A DNA stretch of 60,626 bases from Thiovulum sp. ES (GCA_000276965.1 AKKQ01000005.1:1-60626), one strand, 5' to 3'. Counted from the stretch's first letter, positions 1 through 9,758 are shown. The notes: a model not told the origin generated them from the sequence alone. Made by a program: numbers and translations.

Positions 1-272
1 TAGATTCGATCTCTTGTTGAGATTCTATTTTTTTGTTAAATTTAGGAAACTCAATAAAAACAAAATTCATTTTTTCAAAATAATCTTTACACTTTGCTTG
101 AGAAAAAGAAGTATTATTTAAGCTATTAATGATTAACTTAAAAATATATGTGATTTGGAACATTCTAGACATCGAAGTGAAATGAATTTTTCACCAAACA
201 GATTCTCTATATTGATAAGATATACTTATTTTTTGTCTATTCTGTTCTACTCCCTGTGAATCCTTTTGACAT

Positions 273-989
273 TTATATAAGCATTATGGCAAAATAGATA
301 GCAAAATCGGAAAAATCTTTTGCTTTTTCGGTCGGTTTATCTCCTGCTTTTGTGGAAACAAGTTTTTTAGACTCATCACTAAAGTTATCAGAATCCATAA
401 CTTTTTGGCAAAGTTCCGTAACAGTAAAGTATTTTTCAGGAGTTGGAATACCTTTAAGTTCAGCTAATTCTATAAAATCAACACCTGTCTCTTTTGCAAC
501 AGCACGATTTGAAGTAACGATTAACTCCTCTTCTCGTCTAATTCCAATTTCGTGAAAAGATTTTTTAAAAGCGATCAGCTGTTTTGTAGAAGTTTCGATC
601 TGCTCAGTTCTTTTTCGGAGATAATCAAGATCAGGTATTTCAGATTTAAACGGTTGGTTTTGAGAAAGAATCTCCTCTATTTGCTGATCACACCAAACAG
701 CAAATTCTGGTGATAGCCATCTTGCAAAAGCGATAATTAACTTTTTGTGAATCCAAGTTCCTTGAGCATTTTTATCATTACCACCTTTACGAACCGCCAC
801 TAAATCGCCGAAACGGGAATTCCCGTTTCGGGATAGTGCTTCAATATAAGCTTTAGTATCTTTTAACCTCAACCAATCATTTGATTGCTTATTGAACTGT
901 TTAGCTATTTGAGTAGCATTAATGTATATAGATTCAGAATTTCCAAAAACAACCTCTATATTGTTGTAGTTTCTTGTTATAATTTCCAT
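273..989 (-). CDS. KilA-N domain protein (phage antirepressor-like)
   Basis: N-terminal ~105 aa fit the KilA-N pattern (INATQIAKQF..., GTWIHKKLIIAFARWLSPEFAVWCDQ). The C-terminal half is helical. The 3' end carries a 37-bp repeat also present at 6669-6705. Recognised by eye only. Confidence 0.7.
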   Translation of the reverse strand: MEIITRNYNNIEVVFGNSESIYINATQIAKQFNKQSNDWLRLKDTKAYIEALSRNGNSRFGDLVAVRKGGNDKNAQGTWIHKKLIIAFARWLSPEFAVWCDQQIEEILSQNQPFKSEIPDLDYLRKRTEQIETSTKQLIAFKKSFHEIGIRREEELIVTSNRAVAKETGVDFIELAELKGIPTPEKYFTVTELCQKVMDSDNFSDESKKLVSTKAGDKPTEKAKDFSDFAIYFAIMLI

Positions 990-1102
990 TATAAAGCCTT
1001 TTAATTGGTTCTTATTTTATTCTGGATTGGTTTATTTTGAACGGTTAGCCAATTCAGAACTGAATTCTAACATAAAAATAATAGTAATAGTATTTATGTG
1101 TA

Positions 1103-1309
1103 TTAGTTTATTTTTAAGCTTACTTGATCGTAAAGTTTAGCTTTTTTATATGCTTCTATATATAGCTTTATGACTTCTGGAGTTTCTACTTCACCTTTTA
1201 CCCATCTATTAACTGTGTTAGTTGTTCTTTTTATATGTAGAGAAAAATCTTTCTGTGTCATTCCAATTGATTTTAGTTCTGCTTTTAAATTAAAGTTTTG
1301 TTCACTCAA
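1103..1309 (-). CDS. small XRE-family helix-turn-helix protein
   Basis: 68 aa with an HTH-like segment (GMTQKDFSLHIKRTTNTVNRWVKGE). Lies downstream of the ATPase/RM pair on the same strand. Confidence 0.55.
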   Translation of the reverse strand: MSEQNFNLKAELKSIGMTQKDFSLHIKRTTNTVNRWVKGEVETPEVIKLYIEAYKKAKLYDQVSLKIN

Positions 1310-1454
1310 TCATAACCTCCCCTTTTTGAAAAATTTTACCATAGTAGCAAAGTTGTAGAGATTTCAAGTTGATTATAAGTTATTTGAGTCCTTAATATCT
1401 CTAATTCTGCTTATCGCTTCCTCTAATTCGCTTTTATAAAGTGGTTTTGATGTA

Positions 1455-2786
1455 TCATCGTGAGAGTATGGATTTAAAATCGTATCTGTAATCAATTTTA
1501 ACTTTTGAAGAAGTTTCACTTTCGAAACCTTTTTTAAGTCCAATTAGCTTTCCAACAGTTCTTGAATGTTGTTCAGGATCTGTTAAATCTTCTTTGTCAA
1601 GAAGCTTTTTAAATTTTTTAAAAAGAACCTCCTCACTATTTTGACTATCTTCCTGCTTTTTCTTAATCTCCTTTAACCTTTCAACCTCTTTTCTTAGGTA
1701 ATTTGCACAAGCAGGATAATCGAATTCTGAAAAATGCTTTTCAGCTAATTCAAAATAGTTGAGATGTTTTTTTACAAATGGTTTTTCAAGGTTATCCTCA
1801 CTTTTAAGAGATATTTCATATTTTTTCTTAAAGCTACTTTTGTAAACTTCAAATAGTTCCCTATCGTGAGTTAGGAATATGACCTGAAAATCAGAGAAAT
1901 CTTCTTTTAAAACTTTTAAAAGTTTCATTCTATTGGACATATCAAGAGAGATAAGAAGATCATCTAAAACTAAAACTCTAATACTATCCCCAGTTTCAAG
2001 TTCTGCAAATTTTTTAATAATTGCAAAATATATTGAGATAGCTAAAGCTGATAATCTCGCTTCATTAAAAAATAGATGATGTTTTTCAATATTTTTATCT
2101 CGGTAACTTAACTCTATATTTACAATAAACTCTGTTCCATTCTGATTTTCTGAAAACTCTTTGTTAAAGAAGAAATCTTCTAAATTAAACTCATCAGAAA
2201 GTTTTTGAATGAAATATCTTATATTTTCTAATAGAGAATTAACAATCTCTTTAAGTTTTTCAAAATACTCATCTGGATTTGTTATTGAAGAGAGAGTTTT
2301 TCCACCCTCAATTTCATAGTTTTTAAATAGTTTTTTTAAAACAGGATAGATATTAACACTCTTTTTATGAAAATCAATATCTCGGTAGTTCAGTTTAAGG
2401 AGAGATTTATAATCTAAAATTGGCTTTAATATTGAGAATTGTGTAAGATAATCTTCTGTCATATTAAAATTATCATCATCTAAAATAGTAGTATCACCAT
2501 TAGAAAGTTCAAAACTCAATTCAGTAGAGCTATTTGTGAATATATTCTTGCTATCTAAGAACTCACTCTCTTCAATTACATCTTTAGCTAAAAACTCAAA
2601 AGCTTTAAAAATAGAGCTTTTTCCACTTCCATTTTCTCCAAAAATAATTGTATTTTCAGAATCAAAGTTAAAAGTGTTATGGTTCTCATCATCTCCAAAA
2701 AATCTAAAATTATGAAGTTGTAAAGATTTGATTTTTAAAAGATTTATTTCAATTTCAGGTTCTAAACTATGGTTACTATTTGCCAT
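1455..2786 (-). CDS. ABC/SMC-type AAA ATPase translationally coupled to the RM enzyme
   Basis: Walker A GENGSGKSS, Walker B/D-loop VLVLDDLLISLD, and LTHD. Its start overlaps the stop of the upstream RM gene by 11 nt. About 130 aa of helical C-terminal tail follow the ATPase core. Confidence 0.75.
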   Translation of the reverse strand: MANSNHSLEPEIEINLLKIKSLQLHNFRFFGDDENHNTFNFDSENTIIFGENGSGKSSIFKAFEFLAKDVIEESEFLDSKNIFTNSSTELSFELSNGDTTILDDDNFNMTEDYLTQFSILKPILDYKSLLKLNYRDIDFHKKSVNIYPVLKKLFKNYEIEGGKTLSSITNPDEYFEKLKEIVNSLLENIRYFIQKLSDEFNLEDFFFNKEFSENQNGTEFIVNIELSYRDKNIEKHHLFFNEARLSALAISIYFAIIKKFAELETGDSIRVLVLDDLLISLDMSNRMKLLKVLKEDFSDFQVIFLTHDRELFEVYKSSFKKKYEISLKSEDNLEKPFVKKHLNYFELAEKHFSEFDYPACANYLRKEVERLKEIKKKQEDSQNSEEVLFKKFKKLLDKEDLTDPEQHSRTVGKLIGLKKGFESETSSKVKIDYRYDFKSILSR

Positions 2787-5700
2787 TTATAATTTTTACC
2801 TCATCAACAAGTTTATAGGAGTGAATTAGGCTTCTCTGAATTTTACTATCTTTTGAGAAGAAGTTATAGAGAGCATTGATATACTCTGTTTTTGTCTCAA
2901 GATTTTCAAAGTTTTTAAGAGGTTGTAGTTTATCAGAAAGTCTATCCAAAATATAGCAGTTAGCATCTTTCATCTCTTTTTCAAAATAGAGACCAAAAAC
3001 AACAATATCGATTACAGCTTCGATGAGGTTTGCCTCTTTTTTTAGATTGTTGGATTTTGAGAAGAGAATATAATCTACAAGATTTGTGAGAACTTTTTCA
3101 GATTCTGGAGTTGGTTTTGGTAGTGGAAAAGGATTCATATATTTAGGATTAAATCTAAAGTATCCATTTGCTAAAACTGTTCCTGTGTTCTGTAAAAAGA
3201 ACCAAGTTAATTTTGAGTTTAAAATTCCAAGAAAAAATTTTAGTGATTTCTTAAAATCTTCTTTTATTGTTAAACCGTAAAGAGCACTTTTTAGACAAAA
3301 CTCATTTCCAAAAGTAAGATTTATCCCAAGTGTAATATCTGGTGTAACAAGTTTTGTAGAAGATTGACAGAATTCTAAATTTTTTGGATAAATGTATTTA
3401 AACCAGAAGCTGTCATTTTCAAGTCTTCCCCTTTCCCGTCCTCTAAACTCTTTTTCAAAAAACTTCAAATATTTATAAGATTCTGGAAATTTTTCAGAAA
3501 TCTCATTTTCGGAATATAGTTCAGCTTTTCCATCAACAAATTTATATGGAAAAATTACAAAGAACTTGTTCTTAAGCTTCTCATATCGATGAACATCATT
3601 CCCTTTCAGAATTGGTTTCAGAAACTCTTTCTCAAAAACAAAAGGTTTCTCAATCTCTCTTTTTCTCATCTCTTTTGAAAAACACTCTAAACAGTTCTCG
3701 TTTTCTGAAATTTCAGAACACTCTAAAAGATAAATATCATCTCCACTTGTTTGCAAACCCGTAAAAATTCTCTCAAAAATATCACTAACTCTTAAGGGCT
3801 GTTCTTCCAACTTTTTAAGAATATCCATAACTTTTTTCTCTTTGAAAATCCAAGGTTCAGAACCGAGTGTTTCAGTTTTGATATTTATAAAATCATCATC
3901 TTTTAGATTTTGAAGAAATTGAGAGACCTCATCGTGTTTTTCCTCTTTTGGAATATCTTTCCTCTCCTCTTTAGTTTTTGGCTTTTCAACAAAATCGATA
4001 TATTTTAGATTATCTTGTTTCTCTTTATGCATCATTAAGAGTGATGTGTAGGTCATAGCATTATCAAAGATGAGGTACTCCCCAAATGAGATAAATTGAG
4101 AAATATTCTGATTTACCAAACCTCTTAAACCTTTTCCAAAAGTTGAGTTAATCCACTTATGAGGCATTATAAAGTTTAGATTTCCACCATCTTTTAAAAG
4201 AGGTAGAAACTTCTCTACAAAAAGAACATAAATATCATAGCTTCCAACTGCTGAACTAAATATCTCTTTGTAATATTCTGATTTCTCTCTATCTAACCCT
4301 TGCACTCTAATATATGGTGGATTTGCTACGATGAGGTCAAACCCGAGAAAATCTCCGTTCTCATCTAAAACTTCTGGAAACTCAAATCTCCACTCAAAAG
4401 ATTCAGGCATCTTTTCTAAAAACTCAATTTTTTTGTGAAGTTCTAAAATCGGTTTCAGATCTTTTTTATAACCTTTAGTTTTTTCTCCAGTTACCATTAG
4501 TTTTTCAGTATATTTTTCCCAAAAACCTACTTCAATTTCACCAAAAGTATCAAGATACTTATCTAAAAGATTTCTTATCTTTTTAATATCAGAGTTTTCC
4601 CGACTTAGTTTTCCAATAAAACTCTCTTTTATTTTAAAAATATCTTTCTCAATCTGCTTTTTTTGGTTTTTCTCTTTAGTTGAAATATACTCTTTTACTA
4701 AATTTAGCAGTTCTCCCGTTTTCTTCTTCTCCAACTTTTGCTTAACTTCAAATCGTGACAAAAGAGAGTTTCCAACTTTGATATTTATATCGATATTTGG
4801 CAGAGTTGTGAATTTTCCATTTTCATCATAATAGCTCCATTTTAGAAGTTCAATCCACAATCTCAACCGTGCAATTTCAACAGATTTAGAGTTTATATCA
4901 ACTCCAAAAAGATTGTTTTCGATAATTTTCTCTTTTAGATGAAACATCTTTCTCTGAATTCGTATTGCTTCTTTTGGAAAATTTCCATTTTCATTTTTAA
5001 TATACTGCTCTTCATCAGCGATAAAAATCTCATCATTCTCAATATCCACAGATATTTTTTTGCTGTTTCCAAACTCATCTTCCAAATATGCTTGTCGAAC
5101 AACCAACTCATTTAAAAGAGAAACTAAAATATGCCCAGAACCAACAGCAGGATCAAGAACTTTGATATTTTGGAGGCTATTTTTTGGAAATCTATCGAGA
5201 CTATCTTTTGCCAGTTTTGTAGTTATAAAACTTGGAGTAAAGTGAGAACCGTCTTTATAGCCATTCACTTTTTCAAAAATAAGCCCCAAAACAGAAGATT
5301 TAATTAGAGTCTTATCAACTTTTGTAACTTCCTGATATTTGTTGCTTCCAAAATCGTAAGAATCTAAGAACTTGAAAAGATAATCTAAAGTTTTTAGTTT
5401 TCCACTTCCTAAAATTGACTTTTCAAAAAGTCCAATTTCAAGAGTGTTATTCAAATTCCTAATTTCACATAATCCCGTTCTTTTCTCTTCAAAATATTTT
5501 CTCTCAAAAAGTGAAGAGTTCATATATGGAATTTGTTTGAACTTTTCTAAATGGGGTTTTCGTTCCGATATTTCAACTGCCATAATTTCAAAAAAGAGAG
5601 TCTCCAACTGCTGAAAATCTGAAAGAGTTTCAATATTCATAAAAAATTTAAAATTTGGGTGCATGAAAACTAATCTTGCTTCCAAAAGTTTTAGAAATAG

Positions 5701-6585
5701 AATTCTGTTCAACCAGATAATATTTATCTCAAAAGCTTTCTCAAAATCTAAATCGCTATTCTCCAAAAAAGTAAGCTCTAAAAATGAGCCAGAATCTCTC
5801 TCTTTTTTCCGAACAATTTTCTGAATTCCATCTATTTTTCTCTCTTCAACTCCAAAAATATGTAAAAGCTCTTGATAGAAACTCTCATCAAGTGAGTTCA
5901 TATCTTTTTCGGCATCGATTTCAAGTAGATTTTTTGGTGAAAGAAGTTTGTAAATTGCTGTGAGTTCTCTTTTTAGCTCAAAAATCTTTAAATTTTCTAA
6001 ATCTTTTTCAAGCTCCTCAATTTTAGAAATTTCAAACTTTTCAAAATCTATTTTTGTATATTTCACATCTGAAAAATCAAAGTTTCTTAGAATATCTAAA
6101 TATATATCTCCTGTTTTTGCACTTTTTCGATACCTTGGAAACTCTTTTGATGAGACAATTTTCTCAATTTCAGAAGCTTTAAAAATATAGAGAGTTTTGT
6201 AATCTGTAATTATGAGATGTTTAATTGAAGAGCTTCTATATTCAGAATAGTAATAACAAATTTGGGCAAATGATTTTTTTGCAAAATTTTCATCACTTAT
6301 CATCTCCGAACTATCTGGCTTTTTTGTTTCAATAATAACTTCAATCTGCTTATCTTGAAAAATTGCTAAATCGATATTCTCAAAATTATTTATTTCAGAA
6401 TTTCCAAAATCAAAGGAGTTAAGAATATTTTGTAAATAAGTTTCACCTTTTCTTTCTCTTGAAATATCTTGAATTTTTCCTAAATATATTTTCAACTCTT
6501 TCAGAAATCGCAAAAAGTTCTCTTCTGAAATTGTTGAATTCGAGTATGAGTGTGTTAGAAAGTTTCTGTTTTTGATTTGGTTCAT
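2776..6585 (-). CDS. type IIG restriction-modification enzyme (fused PD-(D/E)xK endonuclease and gamma-class N6-adenine methyltransferase)
   Basis: 1269 aa. N-terminal nuclease-like motif DLAIF...EVIIETKK. Methyltransferase motif I VLDPAVGSGHIL and motif IV ANPPYIRVQ. A large C-terminal region is consistent with a target-recognition domain. Confidence 0.85.
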   Translation of the reverse strand: MNQIKNRNFLTHSYSNSTISEENFLRFLKELKIYLGKIQDISRERKGETYLQNILNSFDFGNSEINNFENIDLAIFQDKQIEVIIETKKPDSSEMISDENFAKKSFAQICYYYSEYRSSSIKHLIITDYKTLYIFKASEIEKIVSSKEFPRYRKSAKTGDIYLDILRNFDFSDVKYTKIDFEKFEISKIEELEKDLENLKIFELKRELTAIYKLLSPKNLLEIDAEKDMNSLDESFYQELLHIFGVEERKIDGIQKIVRKKERDSGSFLELTFLENSDLDFEKAFEINIIWLNRILFLKLLEARLVFMHPNFKFFMNIETLSDFQQLETLFFEIMAVEISERKPHLEKFKQIPYMNSSLFERKYFEEKRTGLCEIRNLNNTLEIGLFEKSILGSGKLKTLDYLFKFLDSYDFGSNKYQEVTKVDKTLIKSSVLGLIFEKVNGYKDGSHFTPSFITTKLAKDSLDRFPKNSLQNIKVLDPAVGSGHILVSLLNELVVRQAYLEDEFGNSKKISVDIENDEIFIADEEQYIKNENGNFPKEAIRIQRKMFHLKEKIIENNLFGVDINSKSVEIARLRLWIELLKWSYYDENGKFTTLPNIDINIKVGNSLLSRFEVKQKLEKKKTGELLNLVKEYISTKEKNQKKQIEKDIFKIKESFIGKLSRENSDIKKIRNLLDKYLDTFGEIEVGFWEKYTEKLMVTGEKTKGYKKDLKPILELHKKIEFLEKMPESFEWRFEFPEVLDENGDFLGFDLIVANPPYIRVQGLDREKSEYYKEIFSSAVGSYDIYVLFVEKFLPLLKDGGNLNFIMPHKWINSTFGKGLRGLVNQNISQFISFGEYLIFDNAMTYTSLLMMHKEKQDNLKYIDFVEKPKTKEERKDIPKEEKHDEVSQFLQNLKDDDFINIKTETLGSEPWIFKEKKVMDILKKLEEQPLRVSDIFERIFTGLQTSGDDIYLLECSEISENENCLECFSKEMRKREIEKPFVFEKEFLKPILKGNDVHRYEKLKNKFFVIFPYKFVDGKAELYSENEISEKFPESYKYLKFFEKEFRGRERGRLENDSFWFKYIYPKNLEFCQSSTKLVTPDITLGINLTFGNEFCLKSALYGLTIKEDFKKSLKFFLGILNSKLTWFFLQNTGTVLANGYFRFNPKYMNPFPLPKPTPESEKVLTNLVDYILFSKSNNLKKEANLIEAVIDIVVFGLYFEKEMKDANCYILDRLSDKLQPLKNFENLETKTEYINALYNFFSKDSKIQRSLIHSYKLVDEVKIINGK

Positions 6586-6639
6586 GGAGTCTTTTCTAAA
6601 AATTATACCTATTTTCAGAACTTTAAATTTTCAAGTTTA

Positions 6640-6813
6640 TTATGAAGAGTTCTTTGATTTGTTTTGAACAAAATCGGAAAACTCTTTTGCTTTTTCGGTC
6701 GGTTTCCAAACTCCATCAAGTTTAGTTTGAAAACCGTTTGATTCCAGAATTTTGTTTAGGTTTTGAGGTCTTGGTTTGTCAAATGCTTTATCTATTTCAT
6801 TTTCAACCAAATA
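6640..6813 (-). pseudogene. 3' remnant of an antirepressor/KilA-N-associated gene
   Basis: Short open frame ...KAFDKPRPQNLNKILESNGFQTKLDGVWKPTEKAKEFSDFVQNKSKNSS* with no credible N-terminus. It shares the KPTEKAK(D/E)FSDF-coding 37-mer with the 3' end of ORF 273-989. Confidence 0.5.
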
Positions 6814-6980
6814 GCAATCTTTTTAGAAAATTTTAGCAACTTGTAGCGGAAGCCCTCGCCATTTATGGCGGGGATAAAAGCGGACTTATGCTATAATTTA
6901 AACTCATAATTACTAATATATATTTATATTAATAACTAAAGCGAAAACCAAACTTATAGTTTTAAATATATTAATTATTG

Positions 6981-7072
6981 ATGCGGTAGGAAGTACCGTC
7001 AAAGCCTTTTTATATTCAAACAATGGTTTGGAGTTTTTAGGAAGCCTCACCCTTTAGGGCGGAGTTCTTCAC
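6981..7072 (+). repeat. solo TnpB right-end / omega-RNA-like repeat (no adjacent tnpB)
   Basis: About 80% identical to the reverse complement of 53768-53860, which directly follows a tnpB remnant. Shared blocks are atgcggtaggaagt... and ...ggagttt.taggaagc...ctttagggcggagttcttcac. A related hairpin, gaagccctcgccatttatggcgggg, sits at about 6849-6873. Confidence 0.55.
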
Positions 7073-7135
7073 TTTATTTATTGTATCAATTTAAAATTTT
7101 AAAAATCAAATTTTCTAATTGCTACAATTACAACC

Positions 7136-7972
7136 ATGGAAAAGATGAATAAAGAGCAACAAGTTATTGCTGAAACAGAAAAAAGACATCAGATTGTTGG
7201 GGATACAATTGAGAAAATTGCCCATCAATGGCGACAACCTCTCAACACAGTCTCTTTATTGATGCAAGAGTTGTATTTTAAGATTAATTTGGGAACTCTC
7301 TATTCTGGGCAGGAAAATGAAGAGCAGTTAAAAGAGGTTTTTGCTGAGCAATATAACGATTTATACGACAAAGTAAATTTGCATTTGCAATATTTATCTG
7401 AAACTGTTGATGATTTTCGGAAGGCTGTTGTTTTCAATGGAAACAAAGAGAGAAAATATTTCTCAATTAAAAATTTCATAGAGGAACTTTCTGGATTTGT
7501 TGAGACTTCTCTCGAGCATGAAAAAATCAAATTAACAACATTGACAGATATAAAAAGTATGAAAATTGTAGAGGTGAATGGAGTCGAAAACGATTTAAAA
7601 CAGGTCGTTTTAAATATTATTCATAATTCCCAAGATATTTTTAGAGAGAGAGAATTAAAAAATAGGAAAATTGAGATCAGCACTCGCCTTTCAAACTCAA
7701 ATAAAATAGTTTTAGCAATTCGAGATAATGCTGGGGGAATTCCTGAAGATATTCTTGATAAGGTTTTTGATCCATATTTCACAACAAGACATGAGACACG
7801 GGGAACAGGACTCGGTTTATATATGTCAAGAGAGATGATTTTAAAAAGTTTTGGTGGAAATATTAGGGCAGAAAATAGTAACAATTGCTCAAAATCTGAA
7901 AACAGTTGTGGAGATGGATTTGGAAAAGGTGCTTGTTTTATAATCGAGATTCCTGAATTTAGAGAGATTTAA
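7136..7972 (+). CDS. cytoplasmic sensor histidine kinase (HisKA + HATPase_c), orphan
   Basis: H-box IAHQWRQPLN, N-box VVLNIIHNS, G-boxes RDNAGGI and GTGLGLYMS. No TM segment and no adjacent response regulator. Confidence 0.8.
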   Translation: MEKMNKEQQVIAETEKRHQIVGDTIEKIAHQWRQPLNTVSLLMQELYFKINLGTLYSGQENEEQLKEVFAEQYNDLYDKVNLHLQYLSETVDDFRKAVVFNGNKERKYFSIKNFIEELSGFVETSLEHEKIKLTTLTDIKSMKIVEVNGVENDLKQVVLNIIHNSQDIFRERELKNRKIEISTRLSNSNKIVLAIRDNAGGIPEDILDKVFDPYFTTRHETRGTGLGLYMSREMILKSFGGNIRAENSNNCSKSENSCGDGFGKGACFIIEIPEFREI

Positions 7973-7974
7973 AT

Positions 7975-7988
7975 CCCGCAATTGCGGG
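7975..7988. terminator. short GC hairpin between convergent genes
   Basis: cccgc-aatt-gcggg palindrome between the histidine kinase stop and the thrB stop. The stem is short and there is no clear U-run. Confidence 0.3.
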
Positions 7989-7993
7989 GAAAA

Positions 7994-8896
7994 CTATTTA
8001 AAAATTTGAAGACCCTCATTATCAAAATCTAAAACTCTAATTGTGTAATTTGGAAAAAGCGACTCAAATCTGTTTTTTAAAGGCATAATATCCTCTTTAT
8101 ACATCAAATTGAAAAATGTCGAACCACTACCTGAAAGAGTACTCATTAAAGCTCCGTGTTCAAGTGCGATTTTTTGAACTGTAAAAAGCTCTGGAAGATT
8201 TTTCATTCTCTGTTTTTGATGAAACTTATCTTTTGATGCTAGTTTTAATAAATCCCAATCTTCATTAAAAAATGCTCCTGTTAAAAAAGAGGAGTGAGAT
8301 AAGTTAAAAATTGCCTTCTCCTTGCTATAAACTTTAGGAAGAGTCGTTCGCGATTGAGAAGTCGAAATTGTTTGATTTGGAATAACAACGAGTGCTTTTA
8401 AATATGGTGGCAACTTCTTTTTTTGTGTAAAAACTTTTTGTTGGTCAAGAATTGAAACAGTAAAACCGCCCATTGTCGCAGGTGCAATATTGTCTGGATG
8501 AGGTTCGTAAAGTAAAGCACTATTTAATAATTTATTTTTAATAACAGTTATTCCAGCAGCTTCACAAGCAGAGGCAAGAGCAGAAACAATAACAGCAGAA
8601 GAGCTACCAAGACCCCGCGACATTGGAATATTATTGTGAAAAGTGAATTTGAATTTTGTTTTACTATTTTTTCCTACAATATTTCTGTAATGTTCATTAA
8701 AAATATTTATAAAAAGGTTATTCCCTTTCATTTTTGGATTATCAGCACCCTCACCTTTTATTGAGACACTGAAGAATTTTGACGGTTTTATATCAACACA
8801 ATTTTTCATTTTTAGTGCTAATCCAAGGGTGTCAAAACCTGGCCCTAAATTTGCACTTGTTGCAGGAACACATATTTTCAACAATTCTGTTTCCAC
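7994..8896 (-). CDS. thrB: homoserine kinase
   Basis: GHMP kinase motifs [13 protein letters not shown] and [11 protein letters not shown]. Length is typical at 300 aa. Confidence 0.9.
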   Translation of the reverse strand: METELLKICVPATSANLGPGFDTLGLALKMKNCVDIKPSKFFSVSIKGEGADNPKMKGNNLFINIFNEHYRNIVGKNSKTKFKFTFHNNIPMSRGLGSSSAVIVSALASACEAAGITVIKNKLLNSALLYEPHPDNIAPATMGGFTVSILDQQKVFTQKKKLPPYLKALVVIPNQTISTSQSRTTLPKVYSKEKAIFNLSHSSFLTGAFFNEDWDLLKLASKDKFHQKQRMKNLPELFTVQKIALEHGALMSTLSGSGSTFFNLMYKEDIMPLKNRFESLFPNYTIRVLDFDNEGLQIFK

Positions 8897-8958
8897 CTTG
8901 TAAATTTAATTAAAAATTCTACCAAAAAAGGGAAATATAGATTTTTTGAGTTTAGAAG

Positions 8959-9046
8959 TGGCGGACAGAGAGGGATTCGAACCCTCGATAGCTTTCACTA
9001 TACTCGCGTTCCAGGCGAGCGCCTTCAACCACTCGGCCATCTGTCC
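8959..9046 (-). tRNA. tRNA-Ser (anticodon GGA), long variable arm, CCA encoded
   Basis: The reverse complement reads GGACAGATGGCCGAGTGGTTGAAGGCGCTCGCCTGGAACGCGAGTATAGTGAAAGCTATCGAGGGTTCGAATCCCTCTCTGTCCGCCA. Acceptor stem is GGACAGA/TCTGTCC, the anticodon loop is CTGGAAC, and a T-arm GGTTCGAATCC is present. Confidence 0.9.
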
Positions 9047-9089
9047 AAAAGTAGAAACGAATTCTACTCGAAAAAAGTTTATCTTTTAC

Positions 9090-9758
9090 TTAACTCCTTT
9101 TCATATTTGAGAAATAGACGAGAAAAAGAACAAAAAAACTTAAAAAAAGCATTATTCCGCTGTAAATATGAGCCGAGTTATAATCCATAACTTCTACAAA
9201 CTCATAAATAGAGACACTTGCCACTTTTGTCTCATTTGGAATACTTCCGCCAATCATAAGAACAACCCCAAATTCGCCAACTGTATGTGCAAATGTAACA
9301 ACAATTGCAGTTAAAAGCGATGGACGAATATTCGGTAAGGCGATTCGGAAAAGAGTTTCTAATTTGCTTTTTCCACTAATATAACTCGCCTCAAGCATAC
9401 TCTTGTCAAGCGACTGGAAACCACTTTGAAGAGGCTGAACCATAAAAGGCAAACTGTAAAAAACACTAGCAATAACAAGTCCAGAAAAAGTAAAAAGAAG
9501 ATTTAAATCAAAAACATCTTTTAAAAATTGACCAATTCCAGAATTTGGTGAAAGAGTTATTAAGATATAAAAACCGAGAACAGAAGGTGGTAAAACAATT
9601 GGTAAAGCTGTTAATGCTTCTAAAAAAGGTTTGATTTTACTCTCTGTTTGAGAAAGAAACCATGAAAAAGGTATGGAAAAAATCAATAAAAAAAGTGTTG
9701 TTATTGTTGCTAACTTGAATGAAATCCAAAACGGATAAAGCTCTAAATTTTCTAACAT
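9090..9758 (-). CDS. modB: molybdate ABC transporter permease
   Basis: 222 aa polytopic membrane protein. Has a ModB-like EAA loop (EASYISGKSKLETLFRIALPNIRPSL) and C-terminal GEFGVVLMIGGSIP. Confidence 0.75.
   Translation of the reverse strand: MLENLELYPFWISFKLATITTLFLLIFSIPFSWFLSQTESKIKPFLEALTALPIVLPPSVLGFYILITLSPNSGIGQFLKDVFDLNLLFTFSGLVIASVFYSLPFMVQPLQSGFQSLDKSMLEASYISGKSKLETLFRIALPNIRPSLLTAIVVTFAHTVGEFGVVLMIGGSIPNETKVASVSIYEFVEVMDYNSAHIYSGIMLFLSFFVLFLVYFSNMKRS

Noticed and set aside
1-272. Possible partial gene at the window start
   Set aside because: Only very short open frames occur on either strand and no recognisable protein motif was found. I cannot support a call.
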